Assembly: GCA_047967505.1 (NCBI GenBank)
Contig: CM106538.1
Strand: one strand, 5' to 3'
DNA length: 64,000 nt
DNA from: Dipteris shenzhenensis
Lineage: Eukaryota
The position numbers and the translations under genes were made by a program. The notes beneath the pieces were generated by a model that searched no databases, had not been told where the DNA came from, and saw only the letters and a list, made by a program, of their open reading frames with translations. Positions 13,786 to 26,299 of the stretch are shown one piece after another (positions within the stretch are counted from its first letter, which is position 1; each line of letters begins with the position of its first letter).

Positions 13786-13865
13786 TAAGGGTCGCTATAT
13801 AGCGACTTTAGGCAAGCATCTCTATATAGCGACGTTTGCCTAAAGTCGCTATATAGCGACCCTTA
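13786..13865. repeat. Right subterminal repeats forming an 80-bp near-perfect palindrome
   Basis: 30-bp arm 13786-13815 is the exact reverse complement of 13836-13865; the 20-bp centre is a third, degenerate copy of the motif. Confidence 0.92.
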
Positions 13866-14199
13866 ACTAAACGTGCTTCCAATACCGACGATTAGTGCCC
13901 CGCGCATGCTAAACATCAGTACTTAAGCATCGCAATAGGGTCCATGTGTAGTAGTGCAAAAGGGGAAGGGGATACAAATGAAAATGTTACACTCATGCAT
14001 GTTCTATAAACGAATCCAACATTATATGTTATTACTTCATTTTTCATTGCACTTTCTTGACATAACAACCATGCACATGGCACATGGGATGCAAAGTGCT
14101 AAATTATCCATCAAATCCATGACCGTTCCCTTTTGGTTCTAATATTTTTACTTTTTGTACTCACTTGGGATACCACGAAGATGATAGCTTGGTTAAATT

Positions 14200-15500
14200 G
14201 TTTAGAATAATGCACAATCCATGGTGACCTTACCGCACGGCATTCTTATTGGATTTATCTTTTTGCCAACTTAAATTTGTACCCTCTCACATTAGATGGT
14301 GGCCCCATTAAAAATGCAGCCAGCTTCTTGGGATCCATTTCAACCCTGTTAGGAGTTATGATGAAACCAAGATACTCAAGCTTATCCATTGCACATCATA
14401 GTTCTCTTTTTCAATAACATTGTGTGTTGACGTTGAGTCAAGCAACACAATGACATTATGCTTGTTGGCAAATTTCCCCTTCATCTTTATTAATTCCATT
14501 CTGGTAAAATCCAAATAGCCATTGCTACGAGTTTTGATAGGATAATGTCAAGTGCATTCTTAAGCTTTTTGAAAATAAAAACATGCAACAAAGAAGCTTT
14601 TGACCTGAGAGAAGGTCCTTCTCGCTAAATTTGTAGGAGCCTTGGGATTTTGCTCCATTTTCCTATTGCATTTTGAGGTCACCATCTCATCCATGCAAAC
14701 AACTCTTGTTCTTTGGGCACTCCTTCCATAAATGCACCTGAAGGCATCCAAAACATAATCCTTTTTCTCTTTCTTTCTTCTTCTATTCATGTGTCAAGAA
14801 GGACTTCGACCAAGCCTAGCCTGCCATAGGAGATACTTTCTATTCATCCCTGTGGTGTACTTGGTTGAGACAGGGTTGAGACGTACTACCAATTGTTCTA
14901 TGGTGGTACTTGGCTGCCATCTACCACCACTTATCCTAGCCCACTTAGCTTGATTACTACCTTATTGCACAATACCTTTCTAACAAACTATTTTTAGAAA
15001 GTGAGCAGGCATACTTTCCACTGGTTTTGTTTTGATCCTATGGTTCAAGGCAAATATGTGATCTTTGACTCTAAGGAAATGCGGTAAAAGGATTTTCATC
15101 ACAATTTCTTAGAGTTTATCAAGATATTTTGCTATTGACAAATGCCTCTGCCCAAGGTATTGACAATCACCCCATGCTCTAGAAGTTTCATCTAGAGGGA
15201 TAAATTGTTTTTGGAGCTCTAGCTTAAAATTTCCCCAAGTAACTGGATCCACGTTATCTTTTTGTTGCTTCATCCATGACCTGCTTTAGCTTCTATGAAG
15301 ATGTTTGTGACTTCTTGATCATCATTATTTCATTATGAACTCCACATATGGCAACTGCCTCATCCCATTTATGAAGACATGCGTCAACAATATTCGAGTT
15401 TTTATAAGCCATTCTAGTAGCTTATTTTCTTATGCCTATAGCTTGTCTTGCTATATTAGGCAACTTAACTGTACCCTTTTCAACGGTATGAACACTAGAC
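14200..15500 (-). pseudogene. Degenerate Ty3/Gypsy gag-protease remnant
   Basis: Minus strand reads VIVLLDSTSTHNVI (~14415-14455; aspartic protease LLDSGSTHNFI motif), a knuckle remnant GCLQVHLWKECP (~14715-14750) and gag-like FIPLDETSRAW (~15170-15205). Confidence 0.6.
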
Positions 15501-15869
15501 CCAGGTTCTATTATTCCTTTTCTTTTTTCTTCTCTAGAGGTGTACTTATTGTAGTATGAATGCCTCAACATAATTCTGTTGACCTGTATTGGTATGCAAA
15601 TACTGTGCCATCAATTATTATTGAGCATCCTATGAATTTCTGATCGAAGCATTTAATGAGAGGGTTTGTGTGCCCTAGGCTATGATGTCTACTATATTGG
15701 TTGAACTTCCAATACTACAGGGTTTACACATGAAGTATCATCTTCTACTTTCATTTCTAAGTGGTCATTCCCTTCCATGGTTACCAATTCTTTTGTTTTC
15801 TTTTCTAGCATTGGATTCATTAAATTTATTTAAAAAAACCAACAATTCCCACTAAAATAGAACTTAGTG

Positions 15870-16390
15870 AAATTTTTCCTAGGCTGGGGAAATAACTGCA
15901 ATAGAATAAGCCTTCACTCTAAAACTTTACCAAACTTTTTGCCAAGGATTTTGCTTTGAGGCTTAAGAACAAGATGGATAAATAGATTTTATAGGAGTAA
16001 AAAGGTTTAATAAATGGTGGACACCATTTGGAAGAAATAATCAACTTGTGGGAGGGGTGTGTTCATGCAAAGGAGACTAATCAAGACGTACACATAGACT
16101 TTGACAAGACCTATGATAGGTTAAGATAAGATTATATAAAAAATTGCTTCAAGATTTGGGTCTAGGGGAGGAATTCACGTTTTTTGTGGCATTACTTCTC
16201 TCTAATGCCTTAGCTAAAATTTGTGTAAATAAGAAAATGACTTGGTCTTTCTATATTGAAATATCAATCAAGCAAGGCCATCCCCTAGCTCCTCTTTTGC
16301 AATAGCTGCAGACACTTTGGGGTGGTTGATTTATGACCAAATTTGCAAGGATATAATTAAAGGGATTGAGTTGCCCTCAGAAGATGGAAG
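15870..16390 (+). mobile_element. LINE (non-LTR) reverse transcriptase fragment
   Basis: IDFDKTYDRL (cf. LDFEKAYDRV) at ~16095, SIKQGHPLAP (cf. RQGCPLAP) at ~16265, AADTLGWL..IKGIELP; broken frames. Confidence 0.7.
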
Positions 16391-16926
16391 TGTTGGCATA
16401 GGTAGTCAAAGCGCTCATATAACTTGCCATGGGTGGCACGAGAAGTTAGGGGGCCAACGTGGGGTTGATTTGCACACGGCACAAGAGGTCAACGTGCACC
16501 TAGTGGTGGCGAGGCATGAGAGGGTGAGGATCAAAGGGAGCTGCGAGGTGTTAAGTGATCGAAGGGGACAAGGGTCCCCTACACACCATGTTAGCTTTGC
16601 TTCCCTCTTATTCCTCACCTCCATTCGACACATCCCCAACCTCCCTAGCACCCCAACCTCCTATGCATTGGCCCCCCAAACCCTCGATGGTCTCTCAATC
16701 CCTGCCGTCTCTCACCTCACCTCCTCCCGAGGCTCCCTAACCTCTCATGCCACTAAGAGCCCCTAGAATTCCCATGCCATTGCATCGGTCCCTCAACCCA
16801 ACCTCCCGCCCTCTTGCATTGTGGCTCCACTTGATGCGTCTCCACCTCGCACGCTACCCTAGCCCCCAAGATACCATGCCACCCTCTGTCCCCCTACCCA
16901 CTATTGGTTCGTTGACACCAGGTTTA

Positions 16927-17307
16927 CAAAGTTTGAGTCCTATTTGACATCGAATGTGGGCACAGGGAGGTCAAAGGGCCCATTTTTCACCCTATGCACC
17001 TCGACATTACATACGTGAAGGTGCAAAATATGGAATGGGTCATTAGGATTTGCATGTCCATGTGTCGGATTGGACTCAAACTTTGCAGAGGTCTTATACC
17101 CTATGGTCTCCATGCTCTTGCAAAGTTCCATCCAACATCAAATGTGGGCACGAGGAGGTCAAAGAGCCTATTTTCACTGTATGCACCTCATTACAACTGT
17201 GAAGGTGCAAAATATAGAATGGGATATTAGGATTTGCATGTCCATGCATCGGATTCATCTCAAAATTTGTACAGATCCTAAATTGTGCAAATTTTGAGTC
17301 CAATCCA
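16927..17307. repeat. ~190-bp satellite, left block (interrupted by Copia)
   Basis: Unit CCCTATGCACCTCG..GTGCAAAATATGGAATGGGTCATTAGGATTTGCATGTCCATG.. repeated about twice. Confidence 0.85.
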
Positions 17308-17478
17308 TGTGGGGGTTAAAGATCACTGTGCCTTTACCCCGGTTATGTACAATACTCAAACACATATATAAATGAATGAAAAAGAAGATTAGGGTGTTCT
17401 GCACCCACCGAAAAACTTGTGTGGCTCTCTGTTTCTCTCTCTCCCTCTTCCATTCCGCTTTCGTTGAGAGAACTCTCA
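17308..17478 (+). repeat. 5' LTR (171 bp) of Copia 17308-23019
   Basis: TGTGGGGG...CTCTCA followed by the PBS; matches 22848-23019. Confidence 0.93.
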
Positions 17479-18940
17479 ACTGGTATCAGAGCTTAGGTGA
17501 TCTAGCTGAGCGTGCGTGAATGCCTGGAAGCTCAGCAACTCTGTGGGAGGAAGGAGAAGCTCTATGGGAAGCTTTGTGGGTGATTTTACTTGCATCCAAG
17601 TGCGCAAAGACCTTGAAGGAACCTTTGGAAAGTCACTTTGGTTTTGCGAAGTGGTTTTGAGAGCCTGTTAAGTGTTTTCAAAGAAAAAGTCATTTTTTAA
17701 GCTTTTCCCTATTCCGTTCGATGACAGAGACTCTGTATTGACTTGTAGAGGCAACTATTGCTTGCTTTTGGTGTCCATTTCACTTCAGGAGCTTGGAAAC
17801 ACCTTCATTCTTGAATTTGGGATCATTTCATTGGATTTCTAACTCACTGTGTCAGTTTCTATGTTTTTCTGCCTGGGTGTTGGAAGTCAAGTTTGGGCAA
17901 CCATTTGCAGATCTGTCAGTTCTGGTGGACTCAAGAGGTCCTAAAACTTCTATGTTGCTCATCATTCGCACTCTGGTGGAGTTCAAAAATAGTTCTGTTT
18001 CCAAAAACATCTTTCAATCCATGTGTTGGACCCAGTGATTGAGACCATGGCTTCCATAACTCTGTCCCATTGCATTTTGGATGCCCAAAAACCCCTACCT
18101 GTCAGTTCTTGCATCATTCTGGAGTATTTTCAGAGTTATAGATCTCTTTGTATTGGATTTCGTCTCTCTATTATGCATTTTTCATTCTAATGTTTTGAAA
18201 CCTTAGATTTATGCCACATGGCAGTGGATAAGTATAAACTCCCATACCTCACTCATCGGTTGGGATTTTGGAGTTCTAGCAGAAGAGAGATATTTGCAAA
18301 TTTTTTTGCTGAGTCCGATTATGCAATGGCACCCATGTTTTGAGGCATCTCAGGTTCTATTTTTAGTAGCGGTCATTGCCGTGGGACCATGATTTCTTGA
18401 GCATACCTTATGCAGATCACTCTGGTTGCAGTTTGAGCCGTGTGCGCTCATTCATGGTATGCATTGGTTGCAGTGGATGATTTATAGGCCATTTAGATGC
18501 ATTGCGATCCTTATTGGATGCACTGATAGGCCCAGATTGCCTTGTGGGATGCAATTTTTATGGATGCTTTGCACATGGATGCTATTTTATGCTGAGGGAT
18601 AGCTTTGACACATTGTAGGTGATGCATTGATAGTGTTATGCTCTCTTGGATGAGATATTATTGGTAATGTATATGCCCATGGACGGTGTTTATGCTTGAG
18701 CCATTTGGCACCTATTGGCATTTTGGATTGCCATTGCAGTTGGCATTTTCTTTTGGGCCAGATTTGCTCATATGGATGCATAGTACATGCACTTGAGTCA
18801 GCTGCATCTTTTGATGCTTTGAGCTTTGAGTTTTGGTGATATTTCACTCTATTGTGGCATACACATTTGGGTGCACCTGGTATTTGGTGTGATTTCTCTT
18901 TTGCAGGTACTAGCATTTGGGATTTTGCTTCATTTGCATC

Positions 18941-21900
18941 ATGGCATCCTCTTCCATGTCTGAAAAGGAGTTTTTCAGCATTAAAAAGTTTGATGGGACA
19001 AACTTTTCTTTGTGGAAAGAACAGATAAGGGATGTGCTTATTCAAAAGAAGCAAATTAAACCCTTGGTAGGTATTGAAGCTAAGCCTACAGATATGTCTG
19101 AGGATGATTGGAATGAGTTGGATGCATTAGCAAAGTCTACTATTAGACTTCATCTTGCAGAGTCAGTTTATTTCATAGTAGTAAATGAGCAGACTATGGA
19201 AGATTTGTGGAAGAAATTGTGTGCCACTTATGAGAAGGAAACTACCTCTAATAAAGTTTACCTCATGAAGAGGCTGTTTGAGCTACAGATGAAGGACGGG
19301 GTCTCCATTGCTTCTCACTTGAATGAATTCAATATTATTTTCAGTCAGCTTTAGGCTTAGAAGATAAATTCTGATGCAGAGACTAAGGCAATATTTCTCT
19401 TATGTTCATTGCCATCCTCATGGGATACCTTCCGTACAGCTGTCAGTAACTCTGCACCTGGTGGATTACTGAAATTCGATGATGTTGTGGGTAGCTTGTT
19501 GGCTAAGGAGATGGACGGCAACAAGCAGGATGCAGCCTTAAATGTGCAAAGGGGCAGATCACAGTTCAGGGGGAAGTCTCAAGAAAGAGGGAAGTCTCGT
19601 AGCAAATCCAGGGCATAGAACATTGAGTGTTACCACTATGGCAAGAAGGGCCATATGAAAAAGGATTGCTACAAGCTGAAAAGAGAGCAAAAGGATAAGA
19701 AAAAGAATGCAAATTGGGGTGCAAATCAGAAGGAAGAGAGTCCAAGGGAGGACAAAGGAAAAGTGAAGATCGAGGAGATCAATGCAGTTACACATGATAG
19801 TGACACTGACATTCTCTTCATGTCTAGTTATCTGCAGAGTTGCTTACCACTTCTGATGATGCGTATTCCCAGGATTGGATTTTGGATTCTGGTGCTTCAT
19901 TCCATGTTACTCCCCATAGGGAATGGCTCTCCACTTATGACAGTGGAAAGATAGGTTGTGTGCATCTTGGAAATGATTGCATGTGACATAGTGGGAGTAG
20001 GTGACATAAGGTTTTCTTTTGCAAATGGGTCTGCATTTGTTTTGAAACATGTGAGACATGTTCCTAAGTTGAACAAGAGTCTTATTTCAGTGGGTCAGCT
20101 AGATGATGCTGGTTTTCACACCACTTTTGGCTTTCAGAATTGGAAAATTCAGAAGGGCTCTATGCTTTTGGCCAGGGGTGCCAAGTGTGGGACTTTGTAT
20201 CCCTTACATGTATTAGGGGTGTTTGATCATGTTGTTGCAATAACCGAGCAACCAAGCACTTCTTTATGGCATTGCCGGTTGGTCCATATGAGCCAAAATG
20301 GGATGAAACTCTTATGCCGTTTGGGTTATGTACCACATTTGAGTTTCTCTGATTTTGAATTTTGTGAGCACTATCTCTATCAGAAGCAGACTAAATCAGC
20401 CCATAAAAGAAGGGGAAAGAAAGAGTTTGAAAAGCTTGATTTGGTGCATTCAGATGTATGTGGTCCCATGCCTACACGGTCATTAGGCGGGGCTGAATAC
20501 TATGTGACATTCATTGATGATGCAATTAGGAAAGTGTGGGCTCATGCTATAGCTCGGAAGAGTGATGTATTCCAGGTATTTCAGAAATGGCTGGCCTTGG
20601 TTGAGAATCAGTCAGGTAGAACGCCTAAATGCCTACGAATCGACAATGGTGGAGAGTATCTCTCTCATGACTTTCAGCATTTCCATGATACACGTGGGAT
20701 TAAGAGGGAGCTCACATCCCCTCGTACTCCAAAGCAAAATCTAGTTGCAGAAAAGATGAATCATACTATTCAAGAAAGGTTGCAATGCATGCTTTCCAAT
20801 GCAAGTCTTTTTGGTGGTTTTTGGGCTAAGGCAATGAAGACTGCAGTGCATGTGATCAATAGATCACCTAGTAAGAGTTTGGATGGTGGTATTCCTAAAG
20901 AGGCATGGAGTGGCAAGAAGCTCTCTTACTCTCATTTGCCTATATTTGGGTGTGAGGCATATGCACATGTGCCAAATGAGCTTCGAAAGAAGCTAGATCC
21001 TAAGTCTAGAAAATGCATCTTTTTGGGTTATGGTGAAAGTGGAGAGATGGGCTATCGTCTCTAGGATCCAAAAGCAAAGAAGATCATACGTAGCCATGAT
21101 GTGGTCTTCAATGAGAAGAAGATGCATAAGGCACCCATGAGGGATGTTAAAATGAGGAGAATCACTTTCCAGGATGTGAATCCACCTGCATATGTTGATA
21201 GAGAGCAAGCTGTCCATGCACCAAATGTGCAAGAAATGGTACCACCAAATACTCCCACAGGGATACAATCAAGGGTAGATGATGGTTCATCTATTGGTGG
21301 AAATGATGAGCCAAATGTGGCTGATATGCAGGTGGGATAGCAAGTTGAAATGCCCTTGAGAAGATCATCTAGAGTGTCTAGACTGCCTAATAGGTTTGTT
21401 CCAGGGGTAGACTATTGCTTATTGATTGCAGGGAACCTTCTTGCTACAGAGAGGCTATGATGCACGAGGATCAATGCAAGTGGGAGTATGCTATGCAATC
21501 AGAGATGAGTTCACTTATGAAGAATAAGACTTGGGACTTGGTTTCTTTGCCACATGGAAAGAAAGCATTGCCATGTAAATGGGTCTACAAGATGAAGGTC
21601 ATAGGTGATGATGTACCTAGGTACAAGGCCCATTTGGTCGCTAAAGGGTTCAAGCAAGAGAAGGGTGTGGACTTTGATGAGATATTCTCTCCGGTTGTGA
21701 AGATGACCACACTTAGATGCATGATTGGACTAGTGGCAACAGAAGATATGGAGCTTATGTAGATGGATGTCAAGATAGTTTTCTTGCATGGGGATCTGCA
21801 TGAGGAAATTTACATGGTGTAGCCAGAAGGCTTTGAAGAAAAGGGCAAAGAGCATTTATTTTGCAAGATGAAGAAGAGTCTCTACGGTCTTAAGCAAGTG

Positions 21901-22794
21901 CCTAGAGAATGATATCAGAAGTTTGATGCTTTCATTCGGTCCCAGTGTTTTAGAAGGAGTGAAATTGATCACTGCCTCTATACTACAAGGGCTAAGGATA
22001 ATAGCCTGATAGTCCTAGCACTATATGTGGATGATATGCTATTGGCTAGCAAGAATACTTATGAGCTAGATGCATTAAAGGCCAAGTTGCATGAGGCCTT
22101 TGATATGAAGGATTTGGGACTTATAGGTCATATTCTTGGTATGCGCATCATGTGTGAAGGTAGTGAGTACTCCATTGCCTCCATATGTGAAACTGAGTCA
22201 TACAGATAGTCCCAAATTAGATGAGGAGAGGGCCATGATGGCCAACGTTCCTTATGCATCAGCGGTTGGGAGTCTTATGTATGCTATGATAGCTACTAGA
22301 CTAGACATTGCATTTGCAGTGGGAGTTGTTAGCCGGTATATGGCTAATCCAGGAAAGAGGCATTGGGAGGCAGTTAAGTGCATCATGAGGTACATGAAGG
22401 GTACCAAGGAGATGTGCATCTGCTTTGGTAGAGGAGACATGCGTGTACTTGGCTACACAGATTCAGACTATGCAGGGCATGTGGATAGTAGGAGATCCAC
22501 TTCTAGTTATGTGTTCAGCTTTGCAGGTGGTGCAGTGTTGTGGATGTCTCACACACAGAAGTGCGTTGCTTTGTCTACCACTGAGGCTGAGTATGTTGTA
22601 GCCATAGAGGTTTGCAAGGAGGCTATATGGCTTGATCGGCTAGTGGGAGATTTGGGGATTCATATAGGTGTACTAACATTGCATAGTGATTCCATGAGTG
22701 CTATTCATGCAAAGACCAAACACATTGAGGTCAGGTACCATTTCATCAGGGAGGTACTTGAGGACCTTGTCATGTATTGATGGGCATTGGATAG
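18941..22794 (+). pseudogene. Copia gag-protease-integrase-RT-RNaseH polyprotein, disrupted
   Basis: KFDGTNFSLWK (gag), CYHYGKKGH knuckle, WILDSGASFH (protease), LWHCRL, LVHSDVCGP/FIDD/IDNGGEY (integrase), KWVYK..KGFKQ, LYVDDML (RT), YTDSDYAG, TKHIEVRYHFIRE (RNase H); many stops and frameshifts. Confidence 0.95.
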
Positions 22795-22847
22795 TATGCT
22801 CACTGGTTCTTCTCCCTTAAAGGCACATTGTCCTTTAAGTGGGAGGT

Positions 22848-23019
22848 TGTGGGGGTTAAAGGTCACTATGCCTTTACCCCGGTTATGTACAATACTCAAA
22901 CACATATATAAATGAATGAAAAAGAAGATTAGGGTGTTTTGCACCCACCAAAAAAACTTGTGTGGTTCTCTATTTCTCTCTCTCCCTCTTCCGTTCCACT
23001 TCCGTTGAGAGCACTCTCA
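22848..23019 (+). repeat. 3' LTR (172 bp) of Copia 17308-23019
   Basis: Follows the PPT; ~10 substitutions and 1 indel versus the 5' LTR. Confidence 0.93.
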
Positions 23020-24010
23020 ATCCGACACATGGGCATGCAAATCCTAATGACCCATTCTGTAGCTTGCACCTTCACTGATGTAACGAGGTGCATAGGATGG
23101 AGATGATAGGATTTAAAAGTTGTGCAAATTTTAAGCCCACTCCGACATATGGACATGCAAATCCTACTGACCCATTCTATATTTCATACCTTCACGTATG
23201 TAATGAAGTGCAAAGGGTGAAAATGGGCTCAAAATTAACACAGGTCTTAAACCCTATGGTCTCCATGCTCTTGGAAAGTTTGACTCCCATCTCACATCGA
23301 ATGTGGGCATAGGGAGGTCAAAGGGCCCATTTTTCAACCTATGCACCTCGTTACATACGTGAAGGTGCAAAATATGAAATGGGTCTTTAGCATTTGCATG
23401 TCCATGTGTCAGATTGGGCTAAAAATTTGCACACGTCTTAAACCCTATGATCTCCATGCTCATTATCACCCTATGCACCTCGTTACATACGTGAAGGTGC
23501 CAAATATGGAATGGGTCATTAGGATTTGCATGTCCACATGTCGGATTGGACTCAGAATTTGCACAAGTCTTAAACCCTATGATCTCCATGCTCTTGCAAA
23601 GTTTGAGTCCCATTCAACACCGAATGTTGGAATGGGGAGGTCAAAGGGCCCATTTTCACTGTATGCACTTCGTTGCATCACTGAGGGTACAACATTTGAA
23701 ATGGGACATTCGGATTTGGATGTCCATGTGTTGGATTGGGCTCAATATTTTCACAGGTCTTAAACCCTATGGTCTCCATGCTCTTGCAAAGTTTTAGTCC
23801 CATCCGACACTGAATGTGGGCACAGGGAGGTCCAAGGTTCCATTTTCACCCTATGCACCTCGTTACATCAATGAAGGTGCAAAATATGGAATGGGTCATT
23901 AGGATTTGCATGTCCATGTGTTGGATTGCACTCAAACTCTGCACAAGTCCTAGACCCTATGGTCTCCATGCTCTCTCAAAGTTTGAGTCCCATTCGACAC
24001 CGAATGTTGG

Positions 24011-24013
<3 letters not shown>
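23020..24013. repeat. ~190-bp satellite, right block (first ~200 bp inverted), followed by (GA)n
   Basis: AAAGTTTGAGTCCCATTC at 23598 and 23978 (2 x 190 bp); 23020-23228 is the reverse complement of the unit. Confidence 0.9.
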
Positions 24014-24045
<32 letters not shown>

Positions 24046-26299
24046 ACTATACCATTTCATGAAAGAAACTAATTGTTGAACATTAAACAAAGAAACCAAA
24101 GAGAGAGAAAGAGAGAGGGGGGGGGGCAGGAGAACCTTTGAATCAAGCTTCATCATAGCATAGACAAACTTCTACTACTATCAATTTTATAGAAATACTT
24201 ACATGAAGAGTATAACTTTAAGTAATGCCATGGTAAGAAATGGTTGATCTCTAAGAGTGTAAAGATGCATCAGAGCCAAACACATCACTGTATGCAGCAA
24301 CAATAAACATCACAATGCCAATACATGCACGTCAAGGGTTCTCAAGGTAACAACCCTCAGAGACCATAAACCATCATGTAACATCAGAGAATACAAAGCC
24401 TCAAGTTTCATGATACTACACATATGAAATAGCTGCTAATTTCAATGCGTGACAACAGCATCCATAAGTCCACCACCAACGATATATTTCCAGTTTTCTA
24501 TAGACTTTTGAGCTCCCACCATCTTAATGCAACAAGGAACTTTGATGATAGCTTTTGGCCATCTAGCACACAACTCCCTCCAACTATTTGAGACAACCTC
24601 GTCACCCTCATCAAAAGTGGCTTCGAGATTTCCTTCTGGTCTTCTTATATGGTGGGGTGGCCAAATATGCCACTGCTTCTTTTAGCCATGCCTTTTGATA
24701 ATCCGTCCATATTTCACATGGATATGTTGATAAAATGGTGGGTAAATGATATCCCAAGTAATGCTTCAACATATCTTTCCTATTGCCCACATTGGTGAAG
24801 CTTAATGAAGGTAATACGTATTAAAAGAACATCTTACCATACATTGAATTTTTGGTATTACAGGCCAGATTGTGATCAGGTAGGACAACCTCCCACACCC
24901 GGTTAGCTAATACTAGTCAGCTAGCAGGGGAGTCATGGATGCCAACATAGCATCTGGGCTTGCTGCCTAAAATGAAAATGGCACCTCGTAATGATCCAAA
25001 AAACATTGAATTACTGTGTGCAATCATTCAACTGCTCTTACTATGTATTCTCCCAATGCCAATGAACATGTCGCCATCCTTCTTGTGAATGGTAAACGTC
25101 AAAATTCAATGTTTCAAGTCATTGTACCAATTTTTCACTTGTACACTTGTAGCTACTTTGCCTTTCTGAAAGAACTCCTTAAGCATTGTGCCTTGCAAAA
25201 CTACCTCCATTTCTTTGGTGATAACATGGCAGTTACTTGTGTGAAAAACTTAATGTGGTCTTTTAGGCAACACTTCCATTCCTCATCTGACATCTCTGTG
25301 GAAAACTTTACCATTAACCCTTCCCTAATCTGCTCCATCATATTGAAATGTACCACAGGCTACATTCTCTTTAAAGCTCTCATCATATTCAGACTTGAGG
25401 GTCAAACTCATGGGAATCAGAAATACTAAAAACTCATTTAGCATCTTTGGCTGTTTAGGGAGTGAGAAAGAAAAGTTGGACTTACTGATCCCCCACAGTG
25501 CTGCATCAACATGGAAGAAGTCTTTTAGATTGTACTCACAGTGCGTGATGGGATCCACCATTACTGGTTCATCTCCATCAAGGCAAGGTTGTAGGGCGTG
25601 TTGCTGCACTGCCTTACCACTCTCTAACAGCATCCTATGCATCATCCTAGGATAAGAGAGCTGGGTAGTCAAATACCAAACTTCAATAGGTAGGGGTAGG
25701 CCCTTTCTCACCCACTCCCATGCACCAACCTCCTAGCCATGTGATGCATTTAATTACCTTTCGGTCACGGTGAGCTTCAATGACTGGATGGCATATGTCA
25801 TGATCTCAAGACCAATGAATGGGCACAAAAGGAATGGACATGGTACAAATAAAGGGCCAGTATGGAGCAACTAGTGGGTTTGCAAATTCCCATGACAAAG
25901 ACCCTACCCACCGACTTCATTGACATCCTCCTCATCATCAAGAAATTGCTAGCCATCATCTTCTCTACATCTCATTAGATGCATGTGCGTCTCATGAAAC
26001 TCTACCAAGAACCGGTGGTGAAATGGACGGAAATTTACATGGCACACAAATAGGTGCAACTGAAGTTTGTGCACATATGCATCAATACCTAGATATGGTC
26101 CATTTATGCAACAATGGAAAGAAGAATGGTGGCTCTACCCAAAAGTGCCAGTACCTCAAGAAAATCTATCCTTGGCCTCCCTACCAAACTTGGTCTCATG
26201 CAGCTCAGTAATCAATCCTCTCATCGATGAAGAATAGCAACGGTTGTGGCATTCATCTACACTCGATTCCAATGTGTCCCTATTATAGAGATTGAAGAG

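Larger units (their letters stand above)
4521..13956. mobile_element. Full-length CACTA (En/Spm) DNA transposon, decayed
   Basis: Starts CACTAC at 4521 and ends GTAGTG at 13956; imperfect TIRs (21/27 match); 3-bp flanks TAA/CAA; subterminal TCGCTATATAGCGA repeats at both ends; internal Tnp2-type transposase remnants. Confidence 0.92.
17308..23019 (+). mobile_element. Full-length Ty1/Copia LTR retrotransposon (decayed)
   Basis: LTRs 17308-17478 and 22848-23019 (TG..CA, ~94% identical by eye); PBS TGGTATCAGAGC (tRNA-iMet) at 17481; PPT AAGTGGGAGG before 22848; TSD ATCCA/ATCCG. Confidence 0.95.
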
